A stretch of 64,000 nucleotides of DNA from a bacterium (lineage in GTDB: Bacteria; UBA8248), in the NCBI GenBank assembly GCA_965213625.1, contig CBDBZU010000004.1:3456001-3520000 (forward strand). Direction: 5' to 3'. Positions 27,964-37,832 of the stretch are shown in pieces. The notes beneath the pieces are model-generated. The model was not told the DNA's origin. It made no database searches and was given only the letters and a program-made list of their open reading frames with translations. How positions within the stretch are numbered: position 1 is the first letter of the stretch; each line of letters starts with the position of its first letter. The translations under genes were made by a program, and so were the position numbers.

Positions 27964-28098
27964 CTATACGCCAATCAACTCATCCGACTCCTCTTTCGCC
28001 TCGGTGCGGATGACTCGGATCGTGTAGGCGCCCAGTCCGATCTCGACGAGCAGTTCGTCACTGGTGAACATCTCGTAGTCGAAGTCGTTCTCGTACAT
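27964..28098 (-). CDS. Unannotated 44-aa acidic protein
   Basis: MYENDFDYEMFTSDELLVEIGLGAYTIRVIRTEAKEESDELIGV; GAGAGGAGG RBS; paralog at 48302-48433. Confidence 0.7.
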   Translation of the reverse strand: MYENDFDYEMFTSDELLVEIGLGAYTIRVIRTEAKEESDELIGV

Positions 28099-28283
28099 GG
28101 CCGTGCCTCCTCTCGGGGTTGTCGCCGACGGCGGGAGCCTGAGACCGTCTCCCTCTCCCTGCCGGGCATTTGCCCGGCTCCCCGCTTCGCTCTCACTCTC
28201 GAGAGGAGGTCCTCACCCGGCGGGGAGCGCTCGCGGAACGCGCCTGCCCTTGCATCGGGCCCTGAATTATTGTGGGATGAGGC

Positions 28284-28664
28284 ATGGACGGACGAAGGCG
28301 CACGGGAAGATTCAGGTTCTGGTTACCGGCGCTCCTGTGGCTGCCGGCGGGGCTTCTCGCGGACGAGTTTCTGCGCACGGGCTCCGCGGAGCAGGTGGTG
28401 ACGCCCTCCTCGCTCATGGAGTTGCCGGCGGTTGCTCCGTTCGGCCTGCCGCTTGCGCTCACATGCCGGCGTTTGAATCGCTCGGGCTATCCGGGTCCCG
28501 CCCTGATGGCGTGGTTGGCCCTCGGCGCAGCCTCGGCAGGGGGTCTCTTCGGTCCGCTCCCCGTGGGCGTTCAGGCGCTCGCAGCCTGCCTTCCCGTCTG
28601 GGTTTTGACGTGGTGGCTCCCCCCCCGCCTGAAATTCGATCCGTTGTTACGGCGCCCGAAGTGA
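28284..28664 (+). CDS. Hypothetical membrane protein, copy 1
   Basis: About four hydrophobic segments; paralog at 48637-49043. Confidence 0.6.
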   Translation: MDGRRRTGRFRFWLPALLWLPAGLLADEFLRTGSAEQVVTPSSLMELPAVAPFGLPLALTCRRLNRSGYPGPALMAWLALGAASAGGLFGPLPVGVQALAACLPVWVLTWWLPPRLKFDPLLRRPK

Positions 28665-28826
28665 GGGAGGTCCCGCGGGCCCTTCCGCGCCGGGCGCTAA
28701 GGCCCCATCGGGTGCCTGACTACTGACGACGGGCCGGCGGCGTAGCAGGGCGGCGTCGAACCCTCCCCCCCTCCGTCGTCGGCCCGACGGCGGTACGTAC
28801 CCACGCCGTGCTGGCTCGGATGACGC

Positions 28827-29639
28827 TCACCACCCGGCGAGCCTGGATATCACGGGCGCGTCCTCGATGACTTCCACTTCCTCTCGGGAGAGCCTCTTGA
28901 AGGCGAGGTACATCGCCACCTCTTCCCAGGAGTCGAGGGGCCCGTGCTCGGCGCCCGTGGCCACTTCAACTATGGTGTAGCGCGGCGGAAAGACCGGCAT
29001 TCCCTTGTGCTCACCCGAGGAGTGGTATGATCGCACCGAGCAAGGGACGCACCTCGATGCTCCTTACGTGTCGGATGATTGGCAATCCACGCAGATTTCA
29101 AGGGCGCGCCTCTCGCGATAGCGTTTCCTGCTCGCTGCGTTCTTTCGCGGACGGCGCTTCATGTCCCTTGCGGCGCACGAAGCGCACGTCGAAGCCTTTT
29201 CGATTGCGGCGCTTCCACAACGACCGCAAAGGCCGGAGGATCTCCTTTTTTCATAAAGCTTCTTTTCCGCTGCGCGACGCGAATCCCTGCAAATTTCGCA
29301 GAGGGCGCCGCCCTCGGCGGGTTTTCGTTCACCGCAAGTCGTGCAGAGCCCGGCTTCGATACGCTCGCGCCTGCGTTTTCTCGCCCTCTCGCGCGCCATG
29401 CGCCGGCGGCTCTCGGGACAGCGCCCGCCGTATGCGGATCCCTCGAGTTTTCCCCTGGCGTATCGGGCGCGCTCGGATTTGCGTCCTCTCTCGAGGCAGT
29501 TTGCGCAAAGACTTCGTTCGGGCGCAGGCCGTCTGCGCCCGCATTTGATGCACATCCCTCGCGCTCTGCGCGATTCGGCCCTCCGCCTGTGGCGTTCGCG
29601 CTCGCATTCGCGTCGAATATCCAAATTCTTGTGGGGCAT
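28827..29639 (-). pseudogene. Arg-rich poly-CxxC (Zn-ribbon repeat) protein, copy 1, in-frame stop
   Basis: Collinear with the intact copy at 49162-49977; TAA at 29064-66. Confidence 0.75.
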
Positions 29640-29689
29640 GGTTTCCTCCGAATGTCGTTCGTCTGACGGCGAGACGTCTAGCGCGGCAA

Positions 29690-29992
29690 TTATCCCCGGC
29701 TGAGCATCCGGCCCCACACGAGGTGCTCGCCCCAGAGCTGAAGGCCGCTTTCGGGGACCTTGAGCCCCGTGCATACGATGAGCTCGTCCCGTGCGGGACG
29801 CATCTCCCGCACCGCCCGGCGCGAGGCCGTCACGCGTTTGCTCTTGCGCCCCCCGTTCCCCGGGGCGGCTACGGGACGAATGCCGCCCCGGGCATCGGAT
29901 TTATAGCGTTTGACTTCGTATCTCTCATCCGCCAGGCCAGGGCCTGAGAGATGGGTGAGGAAGGTGTTGGCTTCGGGTTTCGGTTTACGCAT
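29690..29992 (-). CDS. Conserved basic hypothetical protein (MRKPKP...), copy 1
   Basis: AAGGAGG RBS; strongly similar paralog at 50058-50357. Confidence 0.7.
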   Translation of the reverse strand: MRKPKPEANTFLTHLSGPGLADERYEVKRYKSDARGGIRPVAAPGNGGRKSKRVTASRRAVREMRPARDELIVCTGLKVPESGLQLWGEHLVWGRMLSRG

Positions 29993-30330
29993 CGCGCGCC
30001 TCCTTGGGTGGGTGATCGGGAAGGCGAAGAACGTCCTCTCGCAGACCTCCTTCCGCCGCCCCCTCCCGGCCCGGCTCCGCCTCTTCGAGAGGTAGGGCAA
30101 GGAAATGACGCCGAGCAAAACCTAGCGAAAAAATTGTGGAGTTCGCCTTGATTGCTTCAGGTATGCGAGGCGCCGGTCGGGTCGGGCGGTGCCACGCAGC
30201 AACCGGTGCAGGTTTTTGTGGAAACCCCGCGCTCCTGGTTGCGCGCTGCGATTGCGGGAAAGATAATATGGCCAAGTGGAGGAAAAGGGTTCCGCCCGCC
30301 GTCGCGCCATGATATTCGAGCGGCGACGTG

Positions 30331-33300
30331 ATGCCGACTGAAAAATCCTGTCGGGTCGTGGCGAGAACCGAGGAGACGACCATCCGCCCGCTGCAGGAAC
30401 ATTCGGCATCAACACGGGAGACGCCCCGTCGCAGATACGGGATAATTCATACCAGTTCTGCTGTCTGTCGATAGACCTGGAAGTCAGCAGAAATGGCGTT
30501 ATCCACGCCTTGGGTGCGGTGCGCACGGATACCGGCGAAAGCCTGACGCATACAGGCGGCGGCTTGACGGCCGCGCTGGAAAAGCTCGACGATCTCGCCG
30601 AGGGGGCGTCCTTCATCCTGGGCCACAACCTGCTCGCCTTCGACCTGCCTCATCTCGCTGCCGCAAAACCGGACCTCAAGCTCTTGAAGCTGCCCGTGGT
30701 GGATACGTTGCGCATTAGCCCGCTCGCCTTTCCCCGCAATCCCTATCATCGCCTGGTCAAGCATTACCAGGACGGTGGGCTCAAACGCGGGCGGATCAAC
30801 GACCCGGAACTCGATTCCCGCCTCGCGCTGGAAGTCTTCGCCGATCAGCGCGAAGCGCTTCGGAAGGCTCCGCCGGACCTGCTGGCGGCATGGCATTGGC
30901 TGACCACGCCGGAGTATGAAGGCGCGGACCGCGCCCTGGACGACCTGTTTTCAGCACTCCGTAGCTCACGCCGACCGACCGACGCCGAGGCCTGCACGGC
31001 GATAAACCGCCGCCTGGAGGGCGTCACCTGCGTGATATACGGGCGCGAGGTCCTGGCGGAGGCGGACAAGCGGGGCTGGGCCCTGGCCTACGCCTTGGCG
31101 TGGCTTTCAGTGGCGGGCGGCAACTCGGTCAGGGAGGCGATCGGCAACTCGGTCATGCCGCCCTGGGTACGCCACCAGTTCCCCGAAGCGGGAGAGTTGG
31201 TGCGCCGCCTCAGGGACACCGCCTGCGCCGATGTATCTTGCGTCTGGTGCCGCGAGATGCACGACGCCCGTAAGGAATTGAAGCGTTGGTTCAGCTTCGA
31301 GGACTTCCGGCCCGAGCCCAAAGACAATTCCGGGCGTCCCATGCAGCAGACCGTCGTCGAGGCGGCGATGCGCGGGGAGCACGTCCTCGGCATCCTGCCC
31401 ACGGGAACCGGCAAGTCGATCTGCTACTAGGTCCCGGCGCTCTCGCGCTACGAGAAGACAGGCGCGCTCACGGTGGTCATCTCGCCCCTGGTCGCGCTGA
31501 TGGCTGATCAGGTGGCGGGACTGGAAGCACGCGGGATCGGCTGCTGCGTGACCATCAACGGGCTTTTGTCGATGCCCGAGCGGGCGGACGCGCTGGAACG
31601 GGTGCGGCTGGGGGACGCGGGCATCCTGATCGTCTCGCCGGAACAGCTCCGCTCCCGTTCCCTGCGCCGGGCGCTCGACCAGCGGGAGATCGGCGCCTGG
31701 GTGGTGGACGAGGCCCACTGCGTGTCGCAGTGGGGGCACGACTTCCGGCCCGACTACCGCTACGTGGGCCGCTTCATCCGGGAGAAGGCGGGCGGCGGGC
31801 CGGTACCCCCCGTGCTGTGCCTGACCGCGACCGCCCGGCCCGGCGTCGTCGAGGACGTCGTGGGCCATTTCCGGGAAAAGGTCGGGGTCGAATTGAAGGT
31901 GTTCGACGGCGGCGCCGAGAGGCCCAATCTGACGTTCGAGGTCATCCCGACTACGGGTGGTGAGAAGTTCGCCCATATCCACCAGGTGCTGGAATCGCAC
32001 CTGCCGTCTGAGATGCCCGGCGGCGCCATCGTCTACTGCGCGACACGGCAGGGCAGCGAAGATATCGCCGAATACCTGAAACAGAAGGGCGTGGCGGCAG
32101 AGCATTTTCACGCGGGCCTCTCGCCGGAGATCAAGAAGGACGTGCAGCGCCGCTTCATCGACGGCGAGTTGCGCGTCATCGCGGCGACCAACGCCTTCGG
32201 CATGGGGATCGACAAGTCCGACGTGCGCCTTGTCGTCCACGCCGACATCCCGGGGTCGCTGGAGCACTATTTTCAGGAGGCGGGCCGCGCCGGGCGGGAT
32301 GGGGCGCCGGCGCGGTGCGTGCTGCTCTACACGGCGGACGATGTGGAGCGCCGGTTCGGCATGTCGGCGCGCTCAAGGCTCACCCGGCGGGAGATACACG
32401 GCATTCTCCGGGCCTTGCGCAGTCTGGACCGCAAGAAACACGCCGGCGGCGAGGTGGTGGCCACGGAGGACGAGATACTCGGGGAGGACGAGGAGAACGC
32501 GTTCGAGCGGGATTCGGCTACCGACGATACCCGGGTGCGCACCGCCGTCGCCTGGCTGGAGGAATCCGAACTTCTGGCCCGCGAGGAGAACGTGGTGCAT
32601 GTGTTCCCCTCCTCGCTCCGGGTGCGTTCGGTCGAAGAGGCCAGGGAACGGCTCGGGAGGGCGGACATTACGCAGGACTATCGCCGCCGGTTGCTGCGCA
32701 TCGTCGAAACGCTCATCGACGCCCCCCCGGACGATGGCGTCAGCACCGATGAGCTGATGGCGGTCTCGGGGCTGAGCCCCGAGGGTGTGCGGGGCGCATT
32801 GCATGATCTGGAGCGGTTAGACATCTCCAGCAACGACACCGCGCTGACCGCGTTCGTCCACGCCGGCGTGGAGCGCAGCTCCCGAAAGCGCCTCGAAGAA
32901 GCGGTGACCTTGGAGACTGCCCTGATAGCGCACATGCGCGAGACGGCGCCGGATATGGGCAAGGGAGAGACGGCGCCGCTGCATCTGCGTATCGCCGCCC
33001 AGATCCTGAGGGATCAGGGATTGTCCGACCCGCTGCCGGAACGCCTGTGGCGCATCGTCCGCGGCATTGCCCGGGATGGCCGAGGCGAGGACGGCGCAGG
33101 CGGGAGCCTGACGGTGCGGAAACGGGACGCGGAGACGGCGCATGTGACGCTGCGCCGGGAGTGGAGAGACTTGGAGGAGACCGCCGAACTTCGGCGCGAG
33201 GCTGCCTCACGGCTACTGGAACACCTCCTTGACTGCCTGCCTCCCGGCAGTCGAGGCGTGGATCTGCTAGCGGAAACCACGCTCGGGAAACTACGGGCGG

Positions 33301-35588
33301 CAATCGAGTCCGACCTGATATTGAAGAGCAAGGTCCGACACCCTGAGAAACTCTTGGACCGCGCTCTGCTGTGGCTGCACGAGATGGAGGTCATCCGCCT
33401 GAACAAGGGTCTCGCCGTGTTCCGCCGCGCCATGACCATCCGCCTGAAAAACCGGCAGCGGCGCGGCTTCGCGAACGCGGACTTCGAACCCCTCGCCCTT
33501 CATTACAAGGGACAGGTGTTGCACGTCCACGTGATGGCGGAGTTCGCCGAGCGCGGCCTTGACCCCAAGCGCGATGCGGAGCGCCTCGCGAAGGACTACT
33601 TCACGCTGAAGGAGGAGGTGTTCCTCGCGCGCTGGCTGCCGGGCCGGGATATTGAGATCGGACGCCAGACCACGCCTGAGTCGTGGCAGGCCATCGTCCG
33701 AAGCCTGAACAACCCCGTCCAGCAGCGTATCGTCGCCGATGCCCGCGAGCAGACGAACGTGCTCGTGCTCGCGGGTCCCGGCTCGGGCAAGACCCGGGTG
33801 CTGGTGCACCGCATCGCCTATCTGATCCGCGTGAGGCGGGAGAACGCCCGCAGCATCCTGGCCATGGCCTACAACCGTCACGCGGCGGTCGAGATACGCC
33901 GCCGCCTCGGGGATTTGATCGGCGACGACGCCCGAGGGGTGACCGTCCTTACCTGCCAAGCCCTGGCGATGCGCCTGGCCGGAAGCAGCTTCACGAGCCG
34001 GGCGGAGCGCCCGGACGACGATGCGTTCCGGGATGTGCTCCGACGCGCGGTAGGGTTGCTTCGAGGGGAAGGCCTGCCGCCGGACGAGGCGGACGAGCAA
34101 CGCGAGCGTTTGCTGGCGGGCTTCCGGTGGATACTAGTGGACGAATACCAGGACATCAACGCCGATCAGTACGAGTTGATCTCGGCCCTGGCAGGGCGGA
34201 CGCTCGCGAACAAGGATGACAAACTCACCTTGTTCGCGGTCGGAGACGACGACCAGAACATCTACGCATTCAACGGCGCCTCGGTGGAGTTCATCCGCCG
34301 TTTCGCGGCGGACTATGAAGCCCGCCCCGCCTATCTTACGAGCAACTACCGCTCCACGGCCCACGTCATCGCAGCGGCCAATTCGGTGATCGAGAAGGCC
34401 CGCGAACGGATGAAGGTTGACCATCCCATCCACGTCAACCGGGCGCGCGAAAAGGACCCGCCCGGCGGCGCGTGGGAAGAACTGGACCCGGTCTCGCAGG
34501 GGAGAGTGCAGATACTGCCGGCGGGCCGCGACCCGATCCACCAGGCGCGGGCCGTCATGGCGGAACTGAAGCGCCTCTCGGAGCGTGAGCCGACCTGGAA
34601 CTGGTCGCGGTGCGCGGTGATCGCGTGCGAGTGGAAGTACCTGGTCCCCGTGCGCACCTTCTGCGAAGCGCAAGGCATTCCGGTTAAGATGGGGGACGAG
34701 GAGATTCCGGGCTTCTGGCATCTGCGCGAGACCCGCGCGTTCCTCGAATGGCTGCGCGCGCGAAAGCCCCGCGTCGTCGACGGGGCGGCTCTCAAGAATC
34801 GGGTAGAAGGTAACCCGTCAAGTCCCTGGCACGACCTGTTGCGGCAGGCCGTCGAGGAACACGCGCTGGAAACCGGCGGAGCGGAGACGCCGGTGGATCA
34901 CTTTATCGAATGGCTGGCGGAGTGGGGACGGGAGGTGCGCCGGCGCCAGCGCGGACTGCTGCTATCGACCGCGTATCGCGCCAAGGGACTGGAATTCGAC
35001 CATGTGGCCGTGCTTGATGGTGGCTGGGACCGCGTCGGAAACGGCGTAGATAAGGATGCGCCGCGCCGTCTGTACTACGTGGCCATGACGCGGGCCCGGC
35101 ATACCCTGACACTCGCGCGCTTCGATGAATCACACGTGTTCCTGGACGCCCTGGCCGGCCATCCTTCCGTGATGCGCCACAAGCCGGCCGGGCTCCCGCC
35201 GGCCCCCGCGTCGCTCGGGTATCACTACGTTCGCCCCGCTCTCCGGGACGTGGACCTGGGCTTCGCCGGACGCTTTCGGCCAAGCCACCCGCTCCACCGC
35301 ACCATCGCAGGCCTGTCGCCGGGCGATCCGCTCGGGACGCGCATCACCAGCCAGGGACGCTGGGAGTTGCTCGACCGGAGGGGCGCGGTGGTAGGGCGTC
35401 TCGCCGCTGGTTTCAAACCGCCGCCCGGCACCCGTTGCCGCTCCGCCGAAGTGTGGGCCGTCACCGGGTGGAGCCGTGAGGCTTCTGATCCTGGGTTTCA
35501 CGACTCCATACGATGCGACGCCTGGGAAGTGGTCGTACCGGAACTCGTATTCGAGCCGGGTCGTCAGGCGACCACGGCCTCGACGTAG
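30331..35588 (+). pseudogene. 3'-5' exonuclease-RecQ-UvrD fusion helicase, disrupted
   Basis: SIDLE/GHN..FD exonuclease motifs, [22 protein letters not shown], then [26 protein letters not shown]; TAG at 31428-30 (CY*VPAL) and a probable 5' frameshift. Confidence 0.85.
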
Positions 35589-35713
35589 GGGCGACACATC
35601 CGTAGTGTCGGCCCGGAGTTGTTTCATTTTCAACTTCGGGAGAAATCGCGGTATTTCACTGATCAACAGGGCCGGAGCAGCCGGCATTTCACCAGCGGGG
35701 AGAAACATAGGTT

Positions 35714-36091
35714 ATGCGGATTCGAACGAAAACCCGAAGGCTCGCCGGAATCATTCTCAAGGCCGCCGCTTGCGGCACGCTAGCGCTTCTGGCCGCCTGC
35801 AGCGGAACGATCGACGGCGTGGTAAGGGGTGAAGGCGGTCGCGTAGCGTTCCGGTACGAACAGGGCATGGATCGCGACTTCTACGAGGCGATAATCGACG
35901 GTGAGCGTTTCAAGGGACAAGCAGTCCGGGTCTACGCGCGAAGTGGCAATTTCGTGGCCGTAATGTTCGGGGACAGAGGATCCACGATACGCTGCAAAAT
36001 GAACTATGCAGACAGCTCCGGGTTCACTTCGATCGGAGGGGTCGGAATCTGCCGACACAGCGACGGCCGCATAATTGATGTAATGTGGTAA
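35714..36091 (+). CDS. Small putative lipoprotein
   Basis: Basic N-terminus plus lipobox LAAC. Confidence 0.65.
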   Translation: MRIRTKTRRLAGIILKAAACGTLALLAACSGTIDGVVRGEGGRVAFRYEQGMDRDFYEAIIDGERFKGQAVRVYARSGNFVAVMFGDRGSTIRCKMNYADSSGFTSIGGVGICRHSDGRIIDVMW

Positions 36092-36305
36092 GGCATCAAT
36101 CGGCAGACGAGGTATCAATAGACCAGCGGCAAGATGCAGTAAAGGCTGCGGAGAGCGGCGCCTTGCCCTGCCGCTGGTACTTTCGCTCAAAAATCCAGGG
36201 GCACTGAGCAACCGTTTGGACGAATAAGCCTGTAAATTTTTTGGCAATTCTGATGCCATTGTGTGATGTGTCAACGACTACGCGGCAGCCATGAGCAGCA
36301 TCGAA

Positions 36306-37229
36306 TCAGTCGGACCGAGAGGCGCACTGCAGTCGGGAAGCGTCAGGCATCAGGGCCAGTATCTGTCCGTTCACCAATTCCTCGTCGTCAGTGTTCCCCG
36401 CGCGGATGATGGCGGGCTGCGAAAGGAACGGGGATTCGATAATCTGGCGTATACCAACAAGCGGCTGAAGCGCAGCTTCGAGTTGGATATCGGCAAGCTC
36501 CGGCCTATCGTCCGCGTGCACCCGGATCGCTTTCAGTCTCCACCAACCGATGGAGCGCGAAAGCACCCACATCTCACCGCTAATCCCACTTTCGGGATGA
36601 AGGCGGTTGAGTGTCTTCACCATAATATGCCCGCTGCGTGGATCGCCGAACCATGGGCCGTTGTATCCGCCCGTGGGAGCAACTTCAAGCAGACGGGCAA
36701 GGCGCGGATTGTCCGGCTTTGGCGGCAGGCCGCAGGTCACGGTCCACATTCGCTCACGCGTCTGTGCCGCTGCTCCCTTGGCTGTAGCGATGTCCACCTT
36801 CTCCTGCCTGCCGAGAGCCGCCTGCACGGCGGCCTGCAGACTCCGGGCGGTCAAGTACTGTTCCTGCGCCTTCATTTCCCCGGCCTTGGCCATGTCCCGG
36901 TATTTTTCGGTATCAGCAAGCGTCGCGGACGCCCTCGCCTTCTCATTGGCTTCCTCGGCAGCCGTGGCCGCCGCGTAAGCCGCGTTTGCCGCTGCCTGCG
37001 CGGCCATCCCGGTCGTGGAACTTGCGCCCACGAGACCATCAACCGCCGTTGCCCACAATGAGGCCTTATTGGCGTAGTCCCGGGCGTTCGCCGCCGCCGT
37101 CATCGCTACATCTCGAGCCGGCCCCAGGTCCGGCATCGTGGCCAGCTGCGAGGCGCCGCCACCCCCGCCACAACCTGTAAACGCCAATACGGCCAGGCAC
37201 ATCGCTAGAACTGTAAATTTCCGTATCAT
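36306..37229 (-). CDS. Putative lipoprotein with Ala-rich coiled region, probably truncated or chimeric
   Basis: GGAGGAG RBS, signal peptide FTGCGGGGG, Ala-rich helix; composition changes abruptly after about 36750. Confidence 0.45.
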   Translation of the reverse strand: MIRKFTVLAMCLAVLAFTGCGGGGGASQLATMPDLGPARDVAMTAAANARDYANKASLWATAVDGLVGASSTTGMAAQAAANAAYAAATAAEEANEKARASATLADTEKYRDMAKAGEMKAQEQYLTARSLQAAVQAALGRQEKVDIATAKGAAAQTRERMWTVTCGLPPKPDNPRLARLLEVAPTGGYNGPWFGDPRSGHIMVKTLNRLHPESGISGEMWVLSRSIGWWRLKAIRVHADDRPELADIQLEAALQPLVGIRQIIESPFLSQPAIIRAGNTDDEELVNGQILALMPDASRLQCASRSD

Positions 37230-37832
37230 CCCGTTACTCCTCCGTAGCGAAGAACTACCAAGGGCCGGCGAAGAAAACCGAACTCTCCCACCCACCTTGA
37301 TTCGAATATATCTTTTTTGCCTGGTGTTCAACCTTCAAACACTTCTAGTTGATGTCTTTCGTTCGGTATTTCCATAAAGTTTGGGCCTTCGATCCTCCGT
37401 CACACAAGATGAAAGCAATATCCTATCGCCGTCAGTCAAAGACATACGATGTCAAACAGTTTCAGGCACAACGAGGATCGGAATGTATGGGTTCAGCTTG
37501 CACGGAATTTTCGTGCTGACGCTTAGCCTTGACTGCCTCTTCCGTGCAGAACCACAGGAATGGGCGCTTACGGTTGCTCGGTATAAGAATAAATATTACG
37601 CTGCCTAAGCTGATTACACACACCCGAACTCGGTACGAACACCCCCACTCAGGCTCGTACCCAGGTTACGGTCGTGCTCATCAAGGCGTCAGGCGCCAAC
37701 GCTTCGGGTAAGGACGATGGCGGGGACCATGAAGGAGTTGAGGAGCCAGTAAAACCGACGGTGAACTACTGGAAGGGATCGGAATAAATTTACCACGGAA
37801 ATCCCTGTCCACTGAAATGCTCAGGAAAGAAT

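Noticed and set aside
36291-36750. Possible separate gene fragment overlapping the lipoprotein 3' half
   Set aside because: Both strands are open but I recognised no motif, so it cannot be assigned without a search.
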